Shown: positions 1 to 7,419 of the stretch, piece by piece
Layout: each line of letters begins with the position of its first letter
How positions within the stretch are numbered: the first letter of the stretch is position 1
Virus record (IMG/VR): IMGVR_UViG_3300032285_001531
DNA from: a virus
Taxonomy: Duplodnaviria > Caudoviricetes
Strand: one strand, 5' to 3'
Length of the DNA stretch: 64,000 nucleotides
Notes under the pieces: generated by a model
What the model was told of the DNA's origin: nothing
Databases searched by the model: none
The model's input: only the letters and a program-made list of their open reading frames with translations
Position numbers and translations under genes: made by a program

Positions 1-567
1 AAAATAGAGGGTGTTAAGGGTCGTGTTGCTAGTCAACATGAAGCTGCAAAACAAAGTTCAACTGCTTGGTATTTTTTAATTAATGCTAAATTGCGTGTTG
101 ATGACAATTTTGATTTTAGTTGGCAACCTGATTATTTAGATACAAGTAAGCACTATATTTTTAGAGCAAAAAATATTGTTAATGGATTAGAATATGGTCA
201 TATGGCTATAGTAGCGAACAATAAAAAAATCACATTAGAGACATTAGGAACAGGTCTTGACTTTACATTAGATGGAAAGTTTGAGATTGTTGATATTAAT
301 TCAGGAGTAGGGGTATTCAATACCAGTGAGTGGGATACTTGGCGTACTGCATTTAGAGAAGCGATTAAACTTAGACATTCAAATGATCCGGATTCTATAA
401 AAAGATTACAAACATGGCTTACTGTAGCAGAAGGTGAGTTTGCCCAAATATCTATGCAGGGTGCCGCTGATGCTGTAAAGTATTATGAATCAGTAGAAGG
501 TGACTTTCAGAAGTTAAAACTTAGTTACGATTGGGATTGGCTAAAAGAGAGATTCCAACATAAATAA
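1..567 (+). CDS. 5'-truncated conserved phage protein, possibly a degenerate GT-A glycosyltransferase-like repeat protein
   Basis: The frame is open from base 1 (KIEGVKGRVASQHEAAKQSSTAWYFLINAKLRVDD...), so the ORF-track start at 91 is internal. The function is only a guess from resemblance to phage sugar-modification-region proteins. Confidence 0.55.
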   Translation, partial: KIEGVKGRVASQHEAAKQSSTAWYFLINAKLRVDDNFDFSWQPDYLDTSKHYIFRAKNIVNGLEYGHMAIVANNKKITLETLGTGLDFTLDGKFEIVDINSGVGVFNTSEWDTWRTAFREAIKLRHSNDPDSIKRLQTWLTVAEGEFAQISMQGAADAVKYYESVEGDFQKLKLSYDWDWLKERFQHK

Positions 568-571
568 GTGT

Positions 572-742
572 ATGACACTTATTTGGGTATTACTAGTATT
601 TGTAACTAATGACGGAGAATGGCGTGAATGGAACTCCTTTACCCGTGAGAGTGAGTGTTTGGAAGTAGCAAGAGTAATCACACATCACCGTGAAGATAGT
701 ATTCAAGCTATGTGTGTAGCAAAACCAGTTATTAGTTCTTAA
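572..742 (+). CDS. 56-aa small protein with hydrophobic N-terminus and two Cys (MTLIWVLLVFVTNDGEWREWNSFTRESECLEVARVITHHREDSIQAMCVAKPVISS); not in ORF track
   Basis: Translated by hand. TAAATA lies at 561-566, 5 nt before the ATG. It shares the F-x5-C...C pattern with ORFs at 3396, 42142 and 42324. Confidence 0.65.
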   Translation: MTLIWVLLVFVTNDGEWREWNSFTRESECLEVARVITHHREDSIQAMCVAKPVISS

Positions 743-744
743 AG

Positions 745-995
745 AATTGTTGTAATTCCTTCAAAGTGAAGGCATTCTGGACGCGGGTTCGACTCCCGCC
801 TGGTCCACCATAAGAGCATACTGTGTTTTTATGATGGGCTAGACATGGTTTCGACAGGGTGAGATAATAGAGAAGGCAACACAGTAGGCGATGACTGTAA
901 ATCAAGCAAAATTAGTATCTGCAAACGATGATACATATCTATTAGCCGCAAACGGCTAATTAGCGGGGCAACTATGCCTTGTTACCAAAAATAGT
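745..995 (+). ncRNA. ssrA: Two-piece (circularly permuted) tmRNA: acceptor piece ending at CCA 810, intervening segment 811-835, coding piece from 836
   Basis: T-arm GCGGG-TTCGACT-CCCGC (783-799) is followed by CTGGTCC-A-CCA (800-810). Downstream GGGCTAG (836-842) pairs with CTGGTCC, giving the G3.U70 alanine determinant and A73. GGTTTCGAC D-loop analogue; hairpin in the intervening segment; resume codon GCA at 921 opens tag ANDDTYLLAANG* (921-959). The 5' and 3' ends of the pieces are approximate. Confidence 0.93.
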
Positions 996-1050
996 AATAG
1001 GAGCTTCGGCTCCTATTTATTTGGATAAAAGGCTCTTCGGAGCCTTTTAT
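996..1050. terminator. Two tandem UUCG hairpins terminating the tmRNA and the convergent minus-strand operon
   Basis: AATAGGAGC-TTCG-GCTCCTATT (996-1018) and ATAAAAGGCTC-TTCG-GAGCCTTTTAT (1025-1050). Confidence 0.85.
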
Positions 1051-1970
1051 TCTATGAATTCTATTTTTTCTAGGTTATTAAAGATGTAGTTTTGTAGTGG
1101 CATAGATGTATGTGCTACAAAGCCAATTGGAAATTCTAATGGTAGTGCATCAATCACTAACTTATGACCTTCTACCCAATGATTAAATTCTGCAGATTGA
1201 TAAATCTTTTTTCTGTTTACATTAGTATCAATTAAAAATCCACCATGCGAACCTAATCTACCAGTACAATCTTTTGCTAATAAATCATCATGGTCATAGA
1301 AACTCTGCATTATTGATTTGCCTAACATTGAACTATTCAATAAAACTAAGTTTTCTTCTGTACGTTCCATAAAAGAATAATTTAGTTTCTGCTCATCATC
1401 AGCGAACTCTAACCAAATGGGCATATCTACATTGGGTAAAGCACCAATTGCATATATAGGATAGTTATCATCAACAAATTTAGAATTTAATAAATTAGAA
1501 GTAAAGTTCTCTAGAATACATATTGAGTTATTGATAGGTTGTAAGATATTGTACCATGTTTTGTAACTCATATCTTTAGGGAATATGAATTTAGGATCAA
1601 AAGGATTAAGTACTGCATCTTTCTGTAGATACCATAACATATTGTACGTGTAGAATCTATTAATTTTGTTTAGTGTTTGTTGCTTATAATCAAATTCTTC
1701 AGGTATATCAAAGGGCATAATATATCCCAATGATTCTAATTGTCTCATGCTACGTGCTACTGTTTTCCAACTATTCTTATACGTGAATGTTTCAAACACT
1801 GTTCTTCTGCGTATTGATTTATCGTAGGATGCTTCTAAATGACGTATCCCGTATGAATCATAAATGGGTTTAAAATGTTTAAACCACTTGACCACTACAG
1901 GATCGTTATACAGCTTTATAATTATATGTTTTTTAGTTAAAAAAGATTTGTACGTTAATATCAGTTGCAT
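1047..1970 (-). CDS. hypothetical protein (307 aa)
   Basis: Long ORF, 1-nt gap from the stop of the upstream gene; no recognised motif. Confidence 0.7.
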   Translation of the reverse strand: MQLILTYKSFLTKKHIIIKLYNDPVVVKWFKHFKPIYDSYGIRHLEASYDKSIRRRTVFETFTYKNSWKTVARSMRQLESLGYIMPFDIPEEFDYKQQTLNKINRFYTYNMLWYLQKDAVLNPFDPKFIFPKDMSYKTWYNILQPINNSICILENFTSNLLNSKFVDDNYPIYAIGALPNVDMPIWLEFADDEQKLNYSFMERTEENLVLLNSSMLGKSIMQSFYDHDDLLAKDCTGRLGSHGGFLIDTNVNRKKIYQSAEFNHWVEGHKLVIDALPLEFPIGFVAHTSMPLQNYIFNNLEKIEFIE

Positions 1971-1971
1971 A

Positions 1972-2613
1972 TTATTTTTTCATTAGTTCATTTACAAATT
2001 CTAGTAATAAGTCATGCTGACCACCATGCCACTTATTCTTCATCCATGAATACATAGTATACCAGTTTTCTTCTGCTTCAGGATGACAGCCCATGATTCC
2101 AATTCTGCCTTGAAATATAGCCATTGGGTCACCGTTTGCGTAAGTAGCGTAGGTTTCAAATTTAGTTCTGTCGCCTTCTAATGCGCATCCATCGTAGAAG
2201 AACATGGTCATATCTTTGCCGTTCCAATTGATAGAGATGTCTTTTGCATGTGGTCTGCGTGTATCTGTGTTGGGTTGAGTAATATATTGTACTGCATCTA
2301 CACTGTCTAGTATATCAAAATAATGTGATCCTGCCCAATATGCACCCATACAAATACCCAAATATCTACCGCCTCTTGCCACAAAGTCACGTATTCTAGG
2401 AGCATGATGTTTCATCAAATAATGCCAACTTTCACTGTCTCCGTCACCCCCAGGGAAGGCTACGATATCTACATCATCAAAGAAATCATCTTCAATTTGG
2501 TGCCAAGTGAACAATTTTAGATTAAAATGAGTAGAAAAAGCCTTAATCATTCCGTTGGCACACTGCACCGAACAACGGGGTTGATGTATGAATAAAGCTA
2601 TTGTAGGTTTCAT
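1972..2613 (-). CDS. BPL_N-like / class I glutamine-amidotransferase-fold protein
   Basis: FPGG, GICMGAY nucleophile elbow, FFYDG and HPE motifs; TAAATA at 2621-2626 (minus strand) 7 nt before the ATG. Confidence 0.75.
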   Translation of the reverse strand: MKPTIALFIHQPRCSVQCANGMIKAFSTHFNLKLFTWHQIEDDFFDDVDIVAFPGGDGDSESWHYLMKHHAPRIRDFVARGGRYLGICMGAYWAGSHYFDILDSVDAVQYITQPNTDTRRPHAKDISINWNGKDMTMFFYDGCALEGDRTKFETYATYANGDPMAIFQGRIGIMGCHPEAEENWYTMYSWMKNKWHGGQHDLLLEFVNELMKK

Positions 2614-2688
2614 ATACAGCTATTTATCGGATAAAAAGTTACTGGTTACGAGTTCCAGTGACACTCTATAAGCGTGTCCGATTTAAGT

Positions 2689-3399
2689 TTAATTCCAGTA
2701 CGTACTATTGTCTAGTTTGTTCCAGTATTCTATATTGTTACGATTTATAAAGTTTTTGATGAGGTACGCAGCCATTCCAAAATAGCCCATTTTCTTAAAT
2801 CTGCGTGAATCCTGTCCAAAGTAATGTTTGATGATTTTGAATTTTTTCGGACTATACATTCTGGATAGGAAATAATCTTCAGAGGTCGAGAACTTTTCAG
2901 GGAACCCACCAAATTCTTCAAACTTGTCTCTACGAGTGAGCATGAACGCACCCACAGCAAATGGGCTAAAATATTTTAGAACACTATTAACTAAATTAAA
3001 GATACTAAAGCCAATAGCTGTTCTCCAATCATCATCGTAACACATGATATTCAATCCAACTAAATCTAAGTTATTACTTTCAATTTCATTAACTGCATCT
3101 TGTATAACATATTTGCTGAAAAAACGGACATCAGCATCAATAAACAAAATATATGGAGTAGTAACTAATCTTGCTCCGTTGTTCTTAGCGACACTAACAG
3201 GACCACCATCTATGATTTCTATATTTAAAAAAGCACTATTGTCTTTTATAACTTGTCTGGTATTGTCTGTAGAACAATCAGCAATAATAATTCTAGTACC
3301 ACCTAGCTCCTGTAAGCGCAGGGAATCAATTAAATGATAAATGTAATTTTCTTCATTTTTGCAAGGAACTACAATTGTAATTTTTTCACTTAGTTTCAT
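2689..3399 (-). CDS. Family 2 glycosyltransferase (GT-A); likely start MKLSEK at 3399
   Basis: IVVPCKNE, IIADCSTD, LFIDAD (DxD), GAFML, EDY and DSRRF motifs; ATGA overlap with the upstream small gene. Confidence 0.88.
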   Translation of the reverse strand: MKLSEKITIVVPCKNEENYIYHLIDSLRLQELGGTRIIIADCSTDNTRQVIKDNSAFLNIEIIDGGPVSVAKNNGARLVTTPYILFIDADVRFFSKYVIQDAVNEIESNNLDLVGLNIMCYDDDWRTAIGFSIFNLVNSVLKYFSPFAVGAFMLTRRDKFEEFGGFPEKFSTSEDYFLSRMYSPKKFKIIKHYFGQDSRRFKKMGYFGMAAYLIKNFINRNNIEYWNKLDNSTYWN

Positions 3400-3569
3400 A
3401 TTTTTTTTACGCATTTACCTTCAATCTTAAATGATTCAAATTTTACCCAATAAGCCATGCTTCTTAGACTTTGTTCGCAACTTTGTTGATCTGGAAAATC
3501 CATTGTCATTTTCGCTGGAATGTCCTTTGGATCGTTTATGTGTACCGCTATCAATATCATCAACCACAT
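3396..3569 (-). CDS. 57-aa small two-Cys protein (MWLMILIAVHINDPKDIPAKMTMDFPDQQSCEQSLRSMAYWVKFESFKIEGKCVKKI); not in ORF track
   Basis: Translated by hand. SD CAGGAGA is 6 nt upstream. Its TGA overlaps the GT2 ATG (ATGA at 3399-3396). It overlaps the last 134 nt of the plcP ORF in another frame. Confidence 0.75.
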   Translation of the reverse strand: MWLMILIAVHINDPKDIPAKMTMDFPDQQSCEQSLRSMAYWVKFESFKIEGKCVKKI

Positions 3570-4320
3570 TATCTGTCTCCTGTGTCCAAGTTACAATCTC
3601 CCACTTACCATTGTGATGTTCTACAAGTGCAGTCATTGATTCAACCCAATCACCGTCGTTCATATAAACGACACCATCTACTTCTTTTATCTCTGCATGA
3701 TGTATATGACCACATATAACACCATCAAATCCTCGCTTCTTACAATACTGTGCTAAGTTCTTTTCAAACTGGAACATAAAGTCTATGGCTCGTTTGACTT
3801 TTCCTTTAAGATACTTAGAAAGGCTCCAATAACCAAAACCCATCCTATGACGGATCCAATTAAATCGAGTGTTGAGAGCAAGGACGAAATCATAGGCTTT
3901 ATCTCCTAATATTGAAAGCCAAGGTGCTAGTCTTGTGATTCCATCAAACAAGTCACCATGCACTACTAAGTAATGCTTACCATCTACACCTATATGTTCT
4001 ATTTGATTGGTAATCTCTAGCATACCAAATCCTAAACCATAATGCATAAAAGGTCTTAAGAACTCGTCATGGTTACCTGCTACGTATACAACTCGTGTAC
4101 CACGTTTGCTATGACCAAGTATTCTACGTATCACATTACTATGACTTTGTTTCCAGCGCCACTTGTTTTGTTTAATCTTCCAAGCATCAATGATGTCACC
4201 AACAAGGTATAATGTTTCGCAACTGTTATTCTTTAAGAAATTGTTTAGTGCTTCTGCTTTACAGTCTTTAGTACCTAAATGTACATCACTGATAAAAATA
4301 CTGCGATAAGTCTTATTCAT
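3436..4320 (-). CDS. plcP: PlcP-type Mn-dependent phospholipase C / LpxH-like metallophosphoesterase
   Basis: Calcineurin-like motifs SDVHLG, LVGDIID, GNHDE, HGDLFD and GHIHH. Also NDGDWVES and the WLSILGDKAY...FGYWSLS membrane insert typical of Pho-regulon PlcP proteins, which are often annotated UDP-2,3-diacylglucosamine hydrolase. Confidence 0.8.
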   Translation of the reverse strand: MNKTYRSIFISDVHLGTKDCKAEALNNFLKNNSCETLYLVGDIIDAWKIKQNKWRWKQSHSNVIRRILGHSKRGTRVVYVAGNHDEFLRPFMHYGLGFGMLEITNQIEHIGVDGKHYLVVHGDLFDGITRLAPWLSILGDKAYDFVLALNTRFNWIRHRMGFGYWSLSKYLKGKVKRAIDFMFQFEKNLAQYCKKRGFDGVICGHIHHAEIKEVDGVVYMNDGDWVESMTALVEHHNGKWEIVTWTQETDNVVDDIDSGTHKRSKGHSSENDNGFSRSTKLRTKSKKHGLLGKI

Positions 4321-4338
4321 GTTATTATCCTATATAAT

Positions 4339-4373
4339 TATTTAATAGGAATTGTGTGACAATAATATGACAA
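4339..4373 (-). promoter_or_regulatory. Pho box promoter of the plcP operon
   Basis: Minus strand TTGTCAT-ATTA-TTGTCAC (4373-4356), 11-bp periodic direct repeat matching the PhoB consensus CTGTCAT-N4-CTGTCAY; then 10 nt, then TTAAATA (4345-4339). Confidence 0.85.
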
Positions 4374-4380
4374 ACCGTAA

Positions 4381-4404
4381 AAAAAGGCACCTAAGTGCCT
4401 TTTT
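4381..4404. terminator. Rho-independent terminator after pstS-porin
   Basis: AAAAAGGCAC-CTAA-GTGCCTTTTT. Confidence 0.85.
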
Positions 4405-4422
4405 ATTTTGCTCTAAATTAGA

Positions 4423-5547
4423 TTAGAAGCGATGCTGAATGCCAACTGCAAATGCACGTTGACTTAAAGCACTGTCACCAAAGTTTGAGCCACCACCATC
4501 TGGTACCCAACGATCATAAACAGTAAATGGTGCTGCTGCGTTTGCATTGCGGTTAGCAACTACATAGTCAGCGAACACTTCTGTACGCTTGCTGAATGCA
4601 TAAACTGCACCAACTGCATACATCTTAACATCATCTTTACCTGCTGTTACTTGGTCTTGTACATTGTAGTAACCACCGTTAACACTTACACGATCGGTAA
4701 CTTTGTACTTCGCACCAGCAAACCAAGTACGTGCATCAGTCTTACCGTCAGCTTTCGATGAGCTTGCACGGAATGCTGTTAGTGTATTTGGATTGTTAGT
4801 GATAACATAACCAGCGTTAACTAGTAAAGCATCAGTAACATTATACTTTGCTGCAACTAAGTCGATCTTTTCATCAACGTTAGCATTGGTTAAACGAACT
4901 TCTTCGTGTGTATATGCTACTTCTACTGGACCTGCTGTATACTTACCACCAATGTTGTAGCTGCTCTTTGAAGTAGTATCATTTAACTGATTACCAAAAC
5001 TATAAGAACCATCAACAACTAAGCCACCAAAGCTTGGTGATGTATAGCGAACCATGTTATCAAAACGTGATACGCCTGAACCACTATAGAAACCAGCATA
5101 ACGTGCGATTGGCTTTAAGCCACCGAAGTTCCAGTTGCCACGTGAATCAAATTCATCAAGTACGTTGTACAAGAAGTTCTTGCCACGACCTAATTGAATC
5201 TGACCAAATGAACCAGCTAGGGCTACATTTGCTTCACGATCAAATACTGTGGTTGAACCTGCACCGCCACTGCCTGAATCTTTACCAATTCCGCCAGTAC
5301 GTAGACTCAAGTTACTTTCTAAGTTAAACTTAGCTGTCATACCGTCGCCTAGGTCTTCTACACCTTTGAAGCCTAACCGATTGCTGCTGTGTAACTGTTC
5401 ACCGAAACCAGTGAAGTCACTGTTAGCTGAAGTGAAACCACTACCGCTAACTACACCTGCACCCAACAAACCATAAACGGTAACGTTCTGTGCCTGTGCA
5501 ACACCAGCCATAAGCATAAGTGCTGCTACTAATTTTGTTACTTTCAT
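4423..5547 (-). CDS. Gram-negative trimeric porin (betaproteobacterial type)
   Basis: Signal peptide; NRLGFKGVEDLGDG, RFDNMVRYTSPSFGG; C-terminal GIQHRF with terminal Phe; ATGA coupling to pstS. Confidence 0.92.
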   Translation of the reverse strand: MKVTKLVAALMLMAGVAQAQNVTVYGLLGAGVVSGSGFTSANSDFTGFGEQLHSSNRLGFKGVEDLGDGMTAKFNLESNLSLRTGGIGKDSGSGGAGSTTVFDREANVALAGSFGQIQLGRGKNFLYNVLDEFDSRGNWNFGGLKPIARYAGFYSGSGVSRFDNMVRYTSPSFGGLVVDGSYSFGNQLNDTTSKSSYNIGGKYTAGPVEVAYTHEEVRLTNANVDEKIDLVAAKYNVTDALLVNAGYVITNNPNTLTAFRASSSKADGKTDARTWFAGAKYKVTDRVSVNGGYYNVQDQVTAGKDDVKMYAVGAVYAFSKRTEVFADYVVANRNANAAAPFTVYDRWVPDGGGSNFGDSALSQRAFAVGIQHRF

Positions 5548-6551
5548 TTTACTTCTCCTAAGTTAAATTTAGACCATACATTCTTAACTATGGCAACTAC
5601 CTCTTTTGGTAGAGGAACATAGTCAAGTTCTACAGCCATCTTTTCTCCATTGTTAAAAGACCAATTGAAAAATTTTAAAACAGCTAATCCGACCGCAGGA
5701 TCGGCTTGCTGCTTATGCATGATTATATACGATGCACCTGTAATGGGCCAAGCATTCTGGTTAGATTGGTCTGTTAATATAACAGCCATACCAGGTGAAT
5801 TAGCCCAATCAGCACCTATTGCTGCTGCTTTGAATGTATCGTCATCAGGTTGAATCCATTTGCCTGCTTTGTTCTTTACTTGAACATGTGCAATTTTATT
5901 CTTTTTGGCATATGCGTATTCTACATAGCCAATTGCACCTTGCAGTCTTTGTGCGTTTGCAGCAACACCTTCGTTACCTTTGCCGCCTACGCCTGTTGGC
6001 CATTTAACTGCTGTACCTGAACCAACCTTTTCTTTCCATTCAGGAACTGTTTTGCTTAACCAGTCAGTGAACAAAAATGTTGTGCCTGAACCATCAGCAC
6101 GATGTAGTACAGTGATATCCATATCAGGAAACTTAACTGTTGGGTTTAGTTCTTTGATACGAGGATCAGTCCACTTAGTGATTTTGCCTAAGTATATAGC
6201 AGCAATTACATCTGCTGTTAATTTTATTTGCCCAGGCTGAATGCCAACTAGATTTACAACTGGAACTACTCCACCGATAATAGCTGGGAATTGAACTAAA
6301 CCTTCTTTGTCTAGTTCTTCTTGTTTCAACGGCATATCACTTGCACCAAAATCTACTGTTTTAGCTTTGATTTGTTTAATACCACCACCTGAACCAATTG
6401 ATTGATAATTAAGACCTATCCCTGTTTGGGCTTTATATGCTTCTGCCCATTTAGAATAGATTGGATAGGGGAATGTTGCTCCTGCTCCTGTGATGTCTGC
6501 TGCAAATGACGTACTTGACAGAATTACAAGTACTGCGAATAATTTTTTCAC
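5544..6551 (-). CDS. pstS: Phosphate ABC transporter substrate-binding protein
   Basis: ITGAGATFPYP, YQSIGSGGG, VDFGASD, HRADGSGTT, GKGNEGV, WPITG; signal peptide; GTG start with AGGAG SD. Confidence 0.97.
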   Translation of the reverse strand: MKKLFAVLVILSSTSFAADITGAGATFPYPIYSKWAEAYKAQTGIGLNYQSIGSGGGIKQIKAKTVDFGASDMPLKQEELDKEGLVQFPAIIGGVVPVVNLVGIQPGQIKLTADVIAAIYLGKITKWTDPRIKELNPTVKFPDMDITVLHRADGSGTTFLFTDWLSKTVPEWKEKVGSGTAVKWPTGVGGKGNEGVAANAQRLQGAIGYVEYAYAKKNKIAHVQVKNKAGKWIQPDDDTFKAAAIGADWANSPGMAVILTDQSNQNAWPITGASYIIMHKQQADPAVGLAVLKFFNWSFNNGEKMAVELDYVPLPKEVVAIVKNVWSKFNLGEVK

Positions 6552-6593
6552 GTGTGTGTCTCCTTTTAAATATTCATGTATAATTGCACTAAA

Positions 6594-6628
6594 TATTTAA
6601 TGGCCGCAGTATGACAACTGTGTTACAA
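6594..6628 (-). promoter_or_regulatory. Pho box promoter of the pstS-porin operon
   Basis: Minus strand TTGTAAC-ACAG-TTGTCAT (6628-6611), then 10 nt, then TTAAATA (6600-6594). Confidence 0.82.
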
Positions 6629-6658
6629 ACCCCATAAATTTTCAAAAAATATTACAAA

Positions 6659-6913
6659 ATGGAAATAAAAGCTGCATTAGACTGGCAAAAAGTCGGAACT
6701 AACCTACGTAAGCAACTATCCTCAGTAAGCTATAACCCTGATTTAAAACAGATGTTTAAGAATATTGAAGAAATGGTTTCTGAGTTAAGTAAGTCCGAAG
6801 TTGTGGCCAGACAAACAAAAAGAACGTATCACTTAGAAAGTCAAGTACAGAAGATAAACAAAGCAATCAATCATTTGGAAAAATTGATATTGATTGCTCA
6901 GGTCATGAATTAA
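6659..6913 (+). CDS. hypothetical helical protein (84 aa)
   Basis: ORF with coiled-coil-like composition. Confidence 0.6.
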   Translation: MEIKAALDWQKVGTNLRKQLSSVSYNPDLKQMFKNIEEMVSELSKSEVVARQTKRTYHLESQVQKINKAINHLEKLILIAQVMN

Positions 6914-7416
6914 CCTAACGGGTTAGTTGGCCAAACAACGTCTTGTAAGCTAGTATAAGTTTTGGTGATGTCACGTAATTGTTGACGGTATTCTAACACC
7001 TCTTTAAGTTTGGCATCAGTTAGTGTAGTGGTCAATCCTAACGCTTTTTCTTCATTGTGTCTAGTAAATACCCAATCGGTGTTTATTAATAAGCCATCTC
7101 TATATTGTGCTAGTGTTGGTTCTGATGGCATAATAGCAATCATATCAGTTAATAATGCTTCTTTGAAATTATCCAAATGACTCATTATCCATTGAATTTC
7201 TTCACTGTGTTCATCATGCTTTTGTGTGTTGTCACTGTACACGATTGTGAAAATATTTCTTGCTGGCTCTACACTAATCGCTACTAAATTATCTTTGTAC
7301 GGAAACTTAGTTAGGTCATAAAACTCTGCTTCCGAACTAAATGCATGTTCAATGTTATCAATTCTTGCAGAATAGTTTTGGTTTAAAAAATCAAGTGTAA
7401 TATAATTCTGTTTCAT
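6910..7416 (-). CDS. Tail fibre assembly chaperone-like protein
   Basis: C-terminal YRQQLRDIT...VVWPTNP motif; directly downstream of fibre genes. Confidence 0.65.
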   Translation of the reverse strand: MKQNYITLDFLNQNYSARIDNIEHAFSSEAEFYDLTKFPYKDNLVAISVEPARNIFTIVYSDNTQKHDEHSEEIQWIMSHLDNFKEALLTDMIAIMPSEPTLAQYRDGLLINTDWVFTRHNEEKALGLTTTLTDAKLKEVLEYRQQLRDITKTYTSLQDVVWPTNPLG

Positions 7417-7419
7417 GGT

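Noticed and set aside
783-810. Stand-alone tRNA gene (T-arm plus CCA)
   Set aside because: No D-arm or anticodon arm upstream; its acceptor partner lies downstream at 836-842, so it is the acceptor piece of the permuted tmRNA.
2638-2682. Pistol-ribozyme-like words (CTGG-TTA..., TAAGCG)
   Set aside because: The P2 helix, the A-rich linker and the G-U cleavage site required by the pistol consensus are missing.
3436-3560. Functional C-terminal extension of PlcP
   Set aside because: The low-complexity tail is fully explained by overlap with the 57-aa gene in another frame.
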